Of a DNA stretch of 64,000 bases, positions 48,501 through 58,203 are shown piece by piece; position 1 is the first letter of the stretch; each line of letters begins with the position of its first letter. The notes beneath the pieces were generated by a model. It saw only the letters and a program-made list of their open reading frames with translations, was not told where the DNA came from and did not search any database. The stretch spans positions 80,749 through 144,748 of the forward strand of contig JAAVBZ010000023.1 of the NCBI GenBank assembly GCA_014803415.1, given 5' to 3'. The position numbers and the translations under genes were made by a program. The stretch is from Lachnospiraceae bacterium. GTDB taxonomy: Bacteria; Bacillota; Clostridia; Lachnospirales; Lachnospiraceae.

Positions 48501-48947
48501 ATGATCAAAGAAGAAAAAGAAGTAACCGCCGAAGAAATCAATGAAAGACTCCTTAAGGACCTTAGGACCACCGGAATCGTAAACAGTGAGGAACATGTGA
48601 TCAACCTTCTTGACAGAAACTTTTCAGATAAGTCTTTACTGGTTCCGGTGGAACGGAAAAAGGATGGCAGCTTTACGACTTCTTCCAGCGTGATCTCCAA
48701 AGAAGATTATGAAACCGTATCGGCTTTTGTAAATGAGAAGATCAGACGATTCGGCAGGCAGATCCTGGCTGGAAATATTGAGATAAATCCCTGTGAGATG
48801 GGGACAGGGACTGCCTGCACATACTGCGCCTATAAAGGAGTATGCAGTTTTGACGAAAAAGTACCTGGATTTGAGACCAGAATACTGCCAAGGCTTTCGG
48901 AAGATGATCTGATGATGAAAATGAGGGAGGAACAGCCATGCCAGTAA
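45519..48947 (+). CDS. addB: ATP-dependent helicase/nuclease subunit B
   Basis: GPSGSGKS, LVPDQFT, DGFTGFT, SVSRLEQYAAC, GRIDRID..IIDYKSG, QLQL, CTYCAYKGVC Fe-S motif. Confidence 0.95.
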   Translation: MSLQFYFGPSGSGKSRKLHMDMIEWAAREPDKNFLFLVPDQFTMQTQFDLVNASENKGIMNIDVLSFGRLAHRIFEETGLGTGQVLDDTGKSLVLRKVAADISKDLPMIGPNLHKIGYIHEVKSALSEFMQYGIAPDQVNKLAEYAKGRGALYYKLMDLQLLYTGFLSYIKDKFITTEETLELLTRAVEKSDIIKNSVVVFDGFTGFTPIQNRLIQRLLELTDRVIISITIDISEDPFENTGDQELFHLSKKTVRDLCRLAEEVSVARKEDVYLKEEPLYRFKENPQLSHLEKHIFRYPIKPYENEADKISIMEAMNPSSEARQVCIKIKELVLSGGYSYRDIAVVAGDLETYGDYLEREGITYDIPMFIDRTRGLLLNPFIEFIRSSLKICLSNFSYESVFHYLRSGLADFENEEIDRLENYVLSLGIKGKKKWSEAFTRKPRIPDEEEQLLLLDRLNRSREKLMDQIAPLLEKKETAGEYVRTLYDFIVKARVQEKLAGYENYFKDCGDMEKAKEYAQVYRLVMELFEQIEGLLSKEEISMQEFADILDAGFGEIEIGIIPGGIDRIVVGDMERTRLKQVRVLFFLGVNDGNIPRKNSKGGIISDIDREFLQESEFELAPTPRQQMYIQRLYLYMNMTKPSEQLHLSYARVSSEGKSIRPSYLIDMIRRLYPGIATEKPDLTLSPMEQIVGLKDGLTVLSEELRSYGEGGQRSGKAEEVTALLRLYEKDEKYRELAGKMTEAAFMRYQHSPLSQAVSRAIYGSMLENSVSRLEQYAACAYSHFLQYGLMLKEREEYSFEQVDLGNIYHSVLDMFAGKLAECQYTWFDFPEEEGDRLLKESLEDCAAAYGETILYSNARYEYMVDRIFRILKRTIRTLKSQLKGGAFTPAHFEMSFSRVEDLETVNIALTEHEKMKLKGRIDRIDTCEDDEHVYVKIIDYKSGNKKFDLAALYYGLQLQLVVYMNVAAEMEKKKHPDKEVVPAALLYYHVGDPMIKEEKEVTAEEINERLLKDLRTTGIVNSEEHVINLLDRNFSDKSLLVPVERKKDGSFTTSSSVISKEDYETVSAFVNEKIRRFGRQILAGNIEINPCEMGTGTACTYCAYKGVCSFDEKVPGFETRILPRLSEDDLMMKMREEQPCQ

Positions 48948-51900
48948 CATTTACACCCGAACAGCAGAAAGTGATCGATCTTCGCAAGAGGAATATTCTG
49001 GTATCTGCAGCGGCAGGTTCCGGTAAGACCGCAGTGCTCGTAGAGCGTATTATCCAAATAATTACAGATGAAGAACAACCGGTGGATATTGACAGGCTAT
49101 TGGTGGTCACATTTACCAATGCGGCGGCAGCGGAAATGAGGGAGAGGATCAGCCAGGCAATTGACAGGAAACTGGAGCAGAATCCGGATAATCAGCATCT
49201 TCAAAAGCAGGCAACACTGCTGCACAATGCGCAGATCACTACCATTGACAGCTTTTGTCTGTTCATCATACGCAATAATTTTAATGATATTGGACTGGAT
49301 CCGGGTTTTCGAGTGGCGGATGAAGGGGAACTGAAGCTCATGAAACAGGATGTGCTGACAGAGCTTTTAGAGCAGAAATACACGGAGAAAACAGAGGATT
49401 TCATAAACTGTGTGGAATATTTTACGGGTGGGAGCAATGACAGGCTACTGCAGGAATACATAGAAAAACTGTATGAGTTTTCCATGAGTAATCCCTGGCC
49501 CGAGGAATGGCTTGCAGACAGAAAGAATGACTATATAGTAACAAGTGTTATCGATATAGAGGAGAGCAGCTGGTGCCGCTTTCTTGTTAATTATGTAAGA
49601 ACCTGCCTTAAAGAAGGCGCAGATACACTGTCCAAAGCGATCGTACTGGTACAGAGACCGGAAGGCCCGTATTTTTACGGAGAATTATTGGAACAAGAAA
49701 GGGAAATGTTGGAAACAGCAGCATCTAAGGGGAACTTCAGTGAACTTTCAGAATATTTTGAAACTATCAGTTTCGGAAGACTTCCCAGTAAAAAAGATGA
49801 AAGTGTAGACCCGGATTTAAGAGAAAGGGTAAAGCAGCTGCGAAACAATGTAAAGAAGCAGGTGGAGGGATTAAGAGACAGCTTCTTTTTGCTTTCTTTG
49901 GATCAGGTACTTTCACGTATGCACCTGGCAGGAGAACCGGTACAGACATTAATGGAGCTGGTGATTCAGTTTAAAAGGCTGTTGGATCAGAAAAAAAGAG
50001 ATGAGAATATAATAGATTTTCATGATATGGAGCATTTTGCCCTGAATATTCTCCTTAAGAAAAATGAAACGGGTAAATATGAGGCGACGCCGGCGGCAAG
50101 AGAATACAGGCAGTTCTTTCATGAAATACTGATCGATGAATATCAGGACAGCAATCTGGTGCAGGAACTGCTTTTGCAAAGCATCTCAGGAGAAGAAGAA
50201 AACAGGTTCAACCGCTTTATGGTAGGAGATGTAAAGCAGAGCATCTATAAATTCAGATTGGCAAGACCGGAATTATTCATAGAAAAATACACCTGTTATA
50301 CAAAGGTTGACTCAGAGAGACAACGAATTGATCTGCATAAGAACTTCCGAAGCCGCAAGGAGGTTCTTGACAGTGTCAACGGATTGTTTGCAAGGATCAT
50401 GGGCAGGGATTTCGGAGGAATTGAATATGATGAGGATGCGGCCCTTTATCCGGGAGCGGTTTATCCGGAATACGAAGGGAATCAGACAGAAACAATTCTG
50501 ATCGGAAAAGATCGGGAAAGCCGGCTGTCGGTAAGAGGGCAGGAAGCACTTGCTATATCCGGCAGAATCAAAGAAATGATCCGGGGATTTCAGGTTACGG
50601 ATAAGGAGACGGGGCAGATGCGGCCGGTCAGGTATGGTGATATTGTCATTCTTTTAAGGACGACGTCGGGCTGGGCAGAGGATTTTAAGGAAGTTTTTGA
50701 AAAAGAAGGAATTCCTGCATATGTGGCATCAAGAACCGGATATTTTCAGGCAGCGGAGATAAGAGAAATTCTGCAGCTTCTTCATATCCTGAATAATCCA
50801 CTTCAGGATATCCCTTTTTACGGAACCATGAAATCCTTTTTCGGGGGATTTGATGAGGAAGAAATTGCATGGATCCGCAGTAAAGGAAAAAAAGGCAGCT
50901 TTTTGTATGAAAATCTGCAGGACATGGAAACTACACCTAAAATTGCTGAATTCCTTGAACGGATAGAAATCTGGCGTATGAAGGCGTCTTATACCCCCAT
51001 TCACAGGCTGATTCAGGATATTCTGACAGAAACGGGTTATATCCAATATATAGCATCTAAACCGGGAGGAGAGCAGAGAAGAGCCAATGTAGAAATGCTG
51101 CTTGTAAGGGCGGCGGCATTTGAAAACACCAGTTATTATGGATTATTCCACTTCCTCAGGTATATAGAACAGCTTGAAAAATATCAGGTAGATTACGGTG
51201 AAGCAGATATATTGGATGAGAATGCAGATGTAGTGCGGATCATGAGTATACATAAAAGTAAAGGTTTGGAATTTCCTGTCTGCTTTGTGGCAGGACTGTC
51301 CAAAAAGTTTAATATGCAGGATACTGCAGGGCGTTTTATTGCTGATGTGGATATGGGGATCGGCGTTGATTATATTGACAGCGTAAGACGGATACAGAGC
51401 AGGACCCTGCGTAAAAGCGCTATTGCCATGAAGCTGAAGCTGGATACTCTTTCTGAGGAACTGCGTATCCTTTATGTTGCCATGACTCGTGCGAAAGAGA
51501 AACTGATCCTTACGGCTGCTGTTCCTGATCCCGACAAACTGAAGGAAGAACTTAGCTGGGAGAGGACGCTGGCTGATAATACAGGAGGTGCCTCAGATAA
51601 AGTTGCTTTTTCGGTATTGGCAGGAGCTGGAAGTTTTCTGGATTTTCTTGCGCCCTGTCTGGATCCGGAGGAAGTTAAATGGATCTATCCGGAAGATATT
51701 GTGCTTTCGGATATTGAAGATACTCTTCGGGCGAACGATCTAAGGCAAAACCTACTATTGTCCGAGCCGGACAATCAAATAATGACAGAACTGTCACAAA
51801 GGATTGAAAGATACTATCCTTATCAGTATCTTTCAGGACTATTTGTTAAAACTACTGTGTCAGAACTGAAAAAGGCAGGAGCAGAGTATTTATCAGAGAA

Positions 51901-52588
51901 GTCAATGGAAGAAGTATATGGAGCAGATGGGGGAACCAGATCACAGACGGCGTTTACCAAAATGCTTTATGAAGAGCAGGAAGTAATTCCTTATATTCCT
52001 TCTTTTATGAAAGATGAGGAAGGAATGTCAGGTACCGACAGAGGCAGTGCATATCATAAGGTAATGGAGCTTTTGGATTTTGAAAGATTATATGATCTTC
52101 TGTCAAAGAATGCAGATAAGACGGCGTTGAAAAGGGAATTGATCAGTCAGCTTAACAGTATGGAAGAGAGCAGGAAGATCACCGCTGAATGGAGAAAGGC
52201 TGTTGCAGTTCCAAAACTTTTGGCTTTTATGGAAACGGATCTTGCACTGAGAATGGCAAAGGCATCTGCCGGGAATAAACTGCGAAAAGAACAGCCTTTT
52301 GTACTGGGGCTTCCAGCAGATCGACTGAATGAGTCATTCCCGAAAACGGAGATGGTGCTGATACAGGGTATTATTGATGTATTCTTTGAAGAAGAGGATC
52401 ATATTGTAGTAGCTGATTATAAGACAGACCGGGTGGAGAAGGATGATGAGCTGATAAGGCGTTATCAGGTACAGCTTGATTATTATGCGGAGGCTCTCTA
52501 TAAATTGACCGGAAAGCCTGTAAAAGAGAAAATCATCTATTCCTTTGCGCTTGGACGGGAAATAGCTCTTGACAAAAAAGACAGATAG
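48938..52588 (+). CDS. addA: ATP-dependent helicase/nuclease subunit A
   Basis: SAAAGSGKT, TFTNAAA, DEYQD, VGDVKQSIYKFR, NFRS, SIHKSKGLEF, YVAMTRA, QGIID..DYKTD. Confidence 0.96.
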   Translation: MPVTFTPEQQKVIDLRKRNILVSAAAGSGKTAVLVERIIQIITDEEQPVDIDRLLVVTFTNAAAAEMRERISQAIDRKLEQNPDNQHLQKQATLLHNAQITTIDSFCLFIIRNNFNDIGLDPGFRVADEGELKLMKQDVLTELLEQKYTEKTEDFINCVEYFTGGSNDRLLQEYIEKLYEFSMSNPWPEEWLADRKNDYIVTSVIDIEESSWCRFLVNYVRTCLKEGADTLSKAIVLVQRPEGPYFYGELLEQEREMLETAASKGNFSELSEYFETISFGRLPSKKDESVDPDLRERVKQLRNNVKKQVEGLRDSFFLLSLDQVLSRMHLAGEPVQTLMELVIQFKRLLDQKKRDENIIDFHDMEHFALNILLKKNETGKYEATPAAREYRQFFHEILIDEYQDSNLVQELLLQSISGEEENRFNRFMVGDVKQSIYKFRLARPELFIEKYTCYTKVDSERQRIDLHKNFRSRKEVLDSVNGLFARIMGRDFGGIEYDEDAALYPGAVYPEYEGNQTETILIGKDRESRLSVRGQEALAISGRIKEMIRGFQVTDKETGQMRPVRYGDIVILLRTTSGWAEDFKEVFEKEGIPAYVASRTGYFQAAEIREILQLLHILNNPLQDIPFYGTMKSFFGGFDEEEIAWIRSKGKKGSFLYENLQDMETTPKIAEFLERIEIWRMKASYTPIHRLIQDILTETGYIQYIASKPGGEQRRANVEMLLVRAAAFENTSYYGLFHFLRYIEQLEKYQVDYGEADILDENADVVRIMSIHKSKGLEFPVCFVAGLSKKFNMQDTAGRFIADVDMGIGVDYIDSVRRIQSRTLRKSAIAMKLKLDTLSEELRILYVAMTRAKEKLILTAAVPDPDKLKEELSWERTLADNTGGASDKVAFSVLAGAGSFLDFLAPCLDPEEVKWIYPEDIVLSDIEDTLRANDLRQNLLLSEPDNQIMTELSQRIERYYPYQYLSGLFVKTTVSELKKAGAEYLSEKSMEEVYGADGGTRSQTAFTKMLYEEQEVIPYIPSFMKDEEGMSGTDRGSAYHKVMELLDFERLYDLLSKNADKTALKRELISQLNSMEESRKITAEWRKAVAVPKLLAFMETDLALRMAKASAGNKLRKEQPFVLGLPADRLNESFPKTEMVLIQGIIDVFFEEEDHIVVADYKTDRVEKDDELIRRYQVQLDYYAEALYKLTGKPVKEKIIYSFALGREIALDKKDR

Positions 52589-52619
52589 CCTTATTGTAAG
52601 TGATGAAAAAATAAAATAT

Positions 52620-52717
52620 ATCGCTAGGGGAGCTTTAGCTGAGATTGAATTACCCTCTTTATCAGGGAATTCTAACCCTCATTACCTGACCCGGATAATA
52701 CCGGCGTAGGGAAGCTG
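52620..52717 (+). ncRNA. TPP riboswitch
   Basis: CTAGGGGAGC..GCTGAGA..ACCC..ACCTGAcCCGGATAATACCGGCGTAGGGAAG consensus upstream of thiT. Confidence 0.92.
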
Positions 52718-52821
52718 ATTTTTTTAAGTCATTCAATGCAAATGGTACCGGTCATGGTATTTGTATGATGATTTGACAAATCAAAGGTTCCCTCCTGTGA
52801 TGATTCAAAGGAGGATTTTTT

Positions 52822-53514
52822 ATGTCACTTTTTGTAAACAGGGAAGATGGTTATTATGCATTGACTACAGGAGGCATTATTGCCGTAACTGCTGTTATCG
52901 CATTGCTGATCATACTGACGGCACTTTTAAAGGAAAGAGAAGACGGAGCAGAAAAGAAACAAAAAAAAGTTTTTTCGGCAAAGCAGCTGGTATTTGCAGC
53001 TGTGGCGCTTGCCCTGGGTTTCATTGCATCTTATATTAAGATCATAGATATGCCCTGGGGAGGCTCAGCAACGCTCTGCTCCATGCTTTTTGTAACATTG
53101 ATCGGTTACTGGTACGGTCCTAAGATCGGTTTGACGGCAGCATTTGCTTATGGATTTTTACAGTTCATACAGGGGGGTGGAGATTACATATTGTCACCTT
53201 TGCAGGTATGTGTAGATTATATCTTTGCTTTTGCGTCGCTTGGATTGTCCGGTCTTTTCTACAAAAAGCCGCAGGGGCTGATCAAAGGCTATATTCTGGC
53301 GATCATGATCAGGGGATTGTTCCATTCTATCGGTGGATATTTGTATTGGATGGAATATATGCCGGATTCTTTCCCTAAGTCACTGACGGCGATTTATCCT
53401 TTTGTATATAATTATTCTTATATTCTTGCAGAAGGAGTAATAACGATTGTTATATTGATGCTGCCGCCGGTCAAAAGTGCCATGACAAGGGTCAGAAAAA
53501 TGGCTATTGAATAA
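52822..53514 (+). CDS. thiT: ECF thiamine transporter S component
   Basis: MPWGGS, YWYGPKIG, PLQVCVDYIFAF, YNYSYI; downstream of TPP riboswitch. Confidence 0.9.
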   Translation: MSLFVNREDGYYALTTGGIIAVTAVIALLIILTALLKEREDGAEKKQKKVFSAKQLVFAAVALALGFIASYIKIIDMPWGGSATLCSMLFVTLIGYWYGPKIGLTAAFAYGFLQFIQGGGDYILSPLQVCVDYIFAFASLGLSGLFYKKPQGLIKGYILAIMIRGLFHSIGGYLYWMEYMPDSFPKSLTAIYPFVYNYSYILAEGVITIVILMLPPVKSAMTRVRKMAIE

Positions 53515-53544
53515 AATAATTGAAATCAAAATAGAATTAATTGT

Positions 53545-53583
53545 AATGCCACTTGAAAAAAGCTTATTCAAGTGGTATTTTTA
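53545..53583 (+). terminator. Intrinsic terminator after thiT
   Basis: AATGCCACTTGAA-N9-TTCAAGTGGTATT-TTT. Confidence 0.7.
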
Positions 53584-53629
53584 AAATGTTCGTAGAGTTT
53601 CGTAAATAATAAATCAGGAGGAGATGAAA

Positions 53630-55108
53630 ATGAGAGCAGGCGGCATCTTATTACCGGTTTCTAGCATTCCTTCCAAGTATGGAATCGGAACTTTTTCTAA
53701 AGAAGCATATGAATTTGTGGATTTTCTGGCCGATGCAGGACAGAGGTATTGGCAGATACTTCCGCTTGGACCGACAGGCTATGGGGATTCACCCTATCAG
53801 TCTTTTTCCACTTTTGCAGGAAACCCTTACTATATTGATCTTGAGCAGTTGATAGAAGACGGGCTCTTGACGAAAGAGGACTGTGAAGAGCATGACTACG
53901 GTGAAAATGAATCTTATGTGGATTATGAAAAAATATATTATTCACGCTTTAAGATTTTAAATAAAGCATTCACTGGCAGTAAAGTAAAAGATAATGCAGA
54001 ATTTAAAGAGTTTGATGAAGATAATAAAGCATGGCTAGAAGATTATGCATTGTACATGGCTGTTAAGGATTCGCTTTCAGGCATCAGCTGGTCTGAATGG
54101 CCGGAAGATATTAAAACCCGAAAGGCAACAGCGCTTAACAAATATCGTGAGGAATTAAAAGAGCAGGTGCTATTTTATAAATTCCAACAGTTTTTGTTCA
54201 AAAAGCAATGGATTAGACTTAAGAAATATGCCAATGAAAAGGGAATAAAGATTATTGGAGATATTCCTATTTATGTGGCATTTGACAGTGCAGATACCTG
54301 GGCTGCACCGGAATTGTTTCAATTAGATGATACCTGCACTCCTGTCGCAGTTGCAGGCTGCCCGCCGGATTCTTTCTCCGCAACGGGACAGTTGTGGGGC
54401 AACCCGCTGTATCAATGGGATTATCACAAAGAGACCGGCTATGAGTGGTGGATGCGGAGAATAGCATATTGCTATGAATTATATGATGTAGTGAGGATCG
54501 ATCACTTCAGAGGGTTTGATGAGTATTATTCTATTCCTTATGGAGATCCTACGGCAGAGAATGGTCATTGGGAGAAAGGCCCAGGGTATGATCTGTTCAA
54601 AGTTATGAAGCAAAAACTTGGTAATAAAGCAGTGATCGCAGAGGACCTGGGATTCTTGACTCCGTCAGTCATTAAACTGGTGAAGAAGACAGGATATCCA
54701 GGAATGAAAATTTTGCAGTTTGCTTTTGATTCCAGAGAAGAAAGTGATTATCTGCCCCACAATTATATGCAGAATTCTGTAGTGTATACGGGGACACATG
54801 ATAATGACACTACTCTTGGCTGGTTAGATGTTCTGAACAGGAAAGATAAAGGCTTTGCCAAACGTTATCTGGGGATCAGATCCAATAAGAATATTCAGTG
54901 GGAATTTATTAAAGCAGCAATTGCCAGTGTATCTGATACAGCAATTATTCCTATGCAGGATTATCTGGGGCTGGGAAGTGAAGCCAGGATCAATACGCCG
55001 TCTACCCTCGGAGATAACTGGAAATGGAGAATGGTTAATGGCCAGTTGAGCCAGGAACTGGCAGAAAAGATCTTTAATATGTGCAAACTGTATGGCAGAG
55101 TAAAATAA
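53630..55108 (+). CDS. malQ: 4-alpha-glucanotransferase (GH77 amylomaltase)
   Basis: WQILPLGP, SPYQS, GDIPIYV, GQLWGNPLY, RIDHFRG, IAEDLG, YTGTHDN. Confidence 0.95.
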   Translation: MRAGGILLPVSSIPSKYGIGTFSKEAYEFVDFLADAGQRYWQILPLGPTGYGDSPYQSFSTFAGNPYYIDLEQLIEDGLLTKEDCEEHDYGENESYVDYEKIYYSRFKILNKAFTGSKVKDNAEFKEFDEDNKAWLEDYALYMAVKDSLSGISWSEWPEDIKTRKATALNKYREELKEQVLFYKFQQFLFKKQWIRLKKYANEKGIKIIGDIPIYVAFDSADTWAAPELFQLDDTCTPVAVAGCPPDSFSATGQLWGNPLYQWDYHKETGYEWWMRRIAYCYELYDVVRIDHFRGFDEYYSIPYGDPTAENGHWEKGPGYDLFKVMKQKLGNKAVIAEDLGFLTPSVIKLVKKTGYPGMKILQFAFDSREESDYLPHNYMQNSVVYTGTHDNDTTLGWLDVLNRKDKGFAKRYLGIRSNKNIQWEFIKAAIASVSDTAIIPMQDYLGLGSEARINTPSTLGDNWKWRMVNGQLSQELAEKIFNMCKLYGRVK

Positions 55109-55126
55109 CGATCGATATAAAATAAA

Positions 55127-55192
55127 AAATCCCCATGATCAGTCGGTAAATGAAATGAGTGAATTTTACCTGCTGAGAAATGGGGATTTCTT
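55127..55192 (+). terminator. Long imperfect hairpin after malQ
   Basis: AAATCCCCAT..TCAG..GGTAAA / TTTACC..CTGA..ATGGGGATTT. Confidence 0.55.
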
Positions 55193-55314
55193 GTCTTATG
55201 GATAAGAGTGAGTAACAGTTAATTTTTTTTCTTTACAATTAACTTCTGTTCAGTTGTGGAATGGGCGGCACTTTGATATGATAAAAACAGCAAAGGCCGA
55301 TGCTCATAAAATGA

Positions 55315-56052
55315 ATGGAGACCTATCCAAACAGTGATGCCCTGACCTTAAACTGGGCAGTGTTTTTTGACAGCAGGCGTGTTATGGATAAAGTTTTGGA
55401 TCCGGAAAGTTATGATGAGTATATCCTTCAGTGCTTTCAAAGACTTTTGGACAGCAGGGATGAAAATATAAAAAGTACGGCGGCGGAGAGCCTGTATACT
55501 TTTTATTTCCGGAAGGAGCAGTATGAAAAGGCAGAAGAATATTTGTCTTATTTTTCCGACCGTAATCCTGATAAAAAAAGAAGACAGGCCGAAATATACA
55601 GTAAGACTCATAGAATAGAGGAAGCATATAAAGCCTATGAAGAGCTGCTGTTTTATTATTACCAGATGGCCGATTTAGTATTTTACGGTATGAGAATGCT
55701 GGCCCGGCAGGAAGAAGATCAGGAGAAAGTCCTTTCATTGATTGAAAAAGAGCGACAATTAGCGAAAGTGTTTGACAGAGGTGAGTTCATTGAGGAGGTC
55801 TATAATCTGGAGAGTGCGACGGTGATAAAAGATGCTGACAGAACTATAGAAGCCATGAAGAAACTTCTGGAAACAGTGGATGGGGCATTTGAATATTATC
55901 AATCCCCTCTTTATAGACATATGAATCTCAAAGAGCTGCCGGAGAAATACATATTGAGGGTAAAAGAGAGTTTGCTGGAGAATATCCGGGATGAAGAAAC
56001 TTATACTTATATGAAATCAGATAAAAGGTGGCAGGAGCTGCTGGCAAAATAA
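55315..56052 (+). pseudogene. TPR-like C-terminal part of an XRE/HTH-TPR regulator, N-terminal HTH absent
   Basis: Starts at xYPNxxxL, normally mid-protein in clostridial HTH-TPR regulators; YEKAEEYL, SPLYRHM; no clear RBS. Confidence 0.5.
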
Positions 56053-56063
56053 GGAGGAACATA

Positions 56064-56831
56064 ATGAAACAATATAAGATTTTAGCGATCGGGAACAGCT
56101 TTTCGGAGGATGCAACTTATTATCTTCACAAAATTGCTAAGGCGGCAGATATTGATACGAAAGTTGTGAATCTGTATATCGGAGGCTGCCCGCTGGAAAA
56201 ACATTGGGCAAATATCCAGAGCGGAGAAAAGCTATACATGCGTCAGGAAAACGGAGTACTCAGCGAGACTTATGTATCTGTTCAGGAGGCTTTGGCTGAA
56301 GAGGATTGGGACAGTATCGTGACCCAGCAGGCTAGTCATGACAGCGGGCTTAGTGAAACTTATTACCCGTATTGTGAATTATTGTATGACTATTTAAGAC
56401 AGCAAAAGCCCAATGCCAAGTTGTGGATGCAGCAGACTTGGGCCTATGAGATCGACAGTACCCATGATTGTTTTCCGCGTTACAACAAAGATCAGAAGCT
56501 TATGTATGAAAAACTTTGTGAAGCGTATCAGGAAGCATCAAGGAAGGCAGGGGTGGAACTGATTCCCTGCGGAGATACTATTCAGATGGTGAGAGGGAAA
56601 AAACCCTTTATATATCAGGAGGGTGGTATGAGCCTTTGCAGGGACGGATTCCATATGCATTATCTGTACGGCAGATACCTGCTGGCCGCTGTCTGGTATG
56701 AAAAGATCTTTCACAAAAGTATCCTGGACAATCCTTTTGTACCTGAAACGGATTATCTGCCCGGGGAAAAGGCGGATCTACAGACACTGCAGGTGATTAA
56801 GGAATGTGTGCATCAGGCAGCGGCATTATGA
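56064..56831 (+). CDS. SGNH-like protein (DUF4886-like)
   Basis: ILAIGNSFSED, LYIGGC, QQAS, QTWAY, RDGFH. Confidence 0.8.
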   Translation: MKQYKILAIGNSFSEDATYYLHKIAKAADIDTKVVNLYIGGCPLEKHWANIQSGEKLYMRQENGVLSETYVSVQEALAEEDWDSIVTQQASHDSGLSETYYPYCELLYDYLRQQKPNAKLWMQQTWAYEIDSTHDCFPRYNKDQKLMYEKLCEAYQEASRKAGVELIPCGDTIQMVRGKKPFIYQEGGMSLCRDGFHMHYLYGRYLLAAVWYEKIFHKSILDNPFVPETDYLPGEKADLQTLQVIKECVHQAAAL

Positions 56832-56851
56832 AGATATAGTAGGACAGCTTC

Positions 56852-57697
56852 TTACCAGTCTGAGTCCCAGTTATCCCAGCTGCTGTCCCAGTCAGAACCA
56901 CTGTCCCAACTGTAATCGTCATCCCAGTCATTGTCCCAGCTATCATCACTGGAGGAGGACTTAGGTTCTACATAATAGTCGGACTCCGTAAAATCAGTTA
57001 CATCATAATCACTGTAAGAATAAGATGAAATCCGGTAATCATCATAATTGTCGTAAAGATAATCGAGGTTGTCATAACATGAATTCCACTGAGCGGCATC
57101 ATAGTCATAGATGTACCATGCGCTTGTGGTATTCTGCCAGTAATACATGTTTCCGCTATAATTATAATACCCGGCAGAAGGACTTTTTCCGAGTTTGGTA
57201 AGCATTAGAAAATAACTTCCCGACAGCGTCACTGTGATGATAAAGATGAACACGTAAATAAATAAAAGAGATTTAACTATTTTTCCGGGGCGCCCCTTTG
57301 ACGTTGGCTGGCGCTGCACCTTCGTCTGATGACTTTTCTGTTCGGCCACCCGTTCCTTCATCTTCTGATACAGCTCATTTACGGCATATGCTTCGTCAGG
57401 ACCTTCGTAGCGGATGGCCCGGGTGCCGTCTGCTTTATTTTTATAGACAATAAAATTGCCGGAAACTTCATCCTTATAAATGCCGAAAGCTTTTGCACCG
57501 GTGTAATTCTCACCGATATAGGTCCGCATCTGGGAAAGAGGCAGATTGTGCTTTACGGCCCACTCCTTCAGTTCTGTTATGGTCTGGGGCACACCTGTCC
57601 CCTGACGTTTGAAATTTTCGTTTGTTCCGCCGCAATTCGGACAGACTTTATCATAATCGTTGATCCAACTGTCGCACCAACTGCATTTTATCTTCAT
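56852..57697 (-). CDS. Hypothetical zinc-ribbon membrane protein with Asp/Trp/Ser-rich tail
   Basis: CSWC..CPNCG, one TM, Tyr-rich domain, tail SWDNDWDDDYSWDSGSDWDSSWDNWDSDW; GGAG RBS. Confidence 0.8.
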   Translation of the reverse strand: MKIKCSWCDSWINDYDKVCPNCGGTNENFKRQGTGVPQTITELKEWAVKHNLPLSQMRTYIGENYTGAKAFGIYKDEVSGNFIVYKNKADGTRAIRYEGPDEAYAVNELYQKMKERVAEQKSHQTKVQRQPTSKGRPGKIVKSLLFIYVFIFIITVTLSGSYFLMLTKLGKSPSAGYYNYSGNMYYWQNTTSAWYIYDYDAAQWNSCYDNLDYLYDNYDDYRISSYSYSDYDVTDFTESDYYVEPKSSSSDDSWDNDWDDDYSWDSGSDWDSSWDNWDSDW

Positions 57698-57730
57698 ATC
57701 TCATCGCTCCCGAATTTTAGTAGTGTGCTG

Positions 57731-57769
57731 ATTATAGCAACAGGTCAGCCATATGTCAATATGGCTGAC
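57731..57769 (-). promoter_or_regulatory. Consensus sigA promoter with -35 centred in an 11-bp inverted repeat
   Basis: Minus strand TTGACA-N17-TATAAT with TGn; GTCAGCCATAT-GTCA-ATATGGCTGAC at 57744-57769. Confidence 0.75.
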
Positions 57770-57809
57770 GGGAATGGTTGAGATTTGCACGGGAATAGCT
57801 GAAATTTGC
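57768..57809 (+). repeat. Two tandem 21-bp direct repeats
   Basis: ACGGGAATGGTTGAGATTTGC / ACGGGAATAGCTGAAATTTGC (18/21 identical). Confidence 0.7.
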
Positions 57810-57892
57810 GCAGTTACCAGCAAAGATCACTATATACCTTGTGATAGCCATCGTGTTATAATAGGATTGATTTAAAAATACAGAGGTGAAAC

Positions 57893-58201
57893 ATGTCTGC
57901 AGTCCTTACAGAAGATTTGATTTATGAAATACTTTCAGTTGTAGAAGAAATACCGGCAGGAAAGGTTGCGTCCTATGGGCAGATTGCTAAATTGATCGGC
58001 AGAGATAAAAATGCAAGGCTCGTAGGAAAAGTTTTAAGTATATCAGAATATTATGGTAAATATCCATGCCATCGTGTTGTAAATCATACCGGAAGACTGG
58101 CTCCTCATTTTTATGGACAGAAGGAACTGTTATTAGAGGAAAAAGTGGAATTTAAGGATGAGATGCATGTAAATATGAAGAAATGTCAATGGGAGTGTTG
58201 A
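57893..58201 (+). CDS. MGMT/Atl (YbaZ-like) alkyltransferase-family DNA-binding protein
   Basis: IPAGKVASYGQIA, ARLVG, PCHRVVN. Confidence 0.88.
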   Translation: MSAVLTEDLIYEILSVVEEIPAGKVASYGQIAKLIGRDKNARLVGKVLSISEYYGKYPCHRVVNHTGRLAPHFYGQKELLLEEKVEFKDEMHVNMKKCQWEC

Positions 58202-58203
58202 TC

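Noticed and set aside
45519-52588. addB-addA as a defence or Cas4-type system
   Set aside because: Canonical full-length AddAB recombination pair
57768-57809. Possible mini CRISPR array
   Set aside because: Only two adjacent 21-nt units, no spacer, no cas genes in the window
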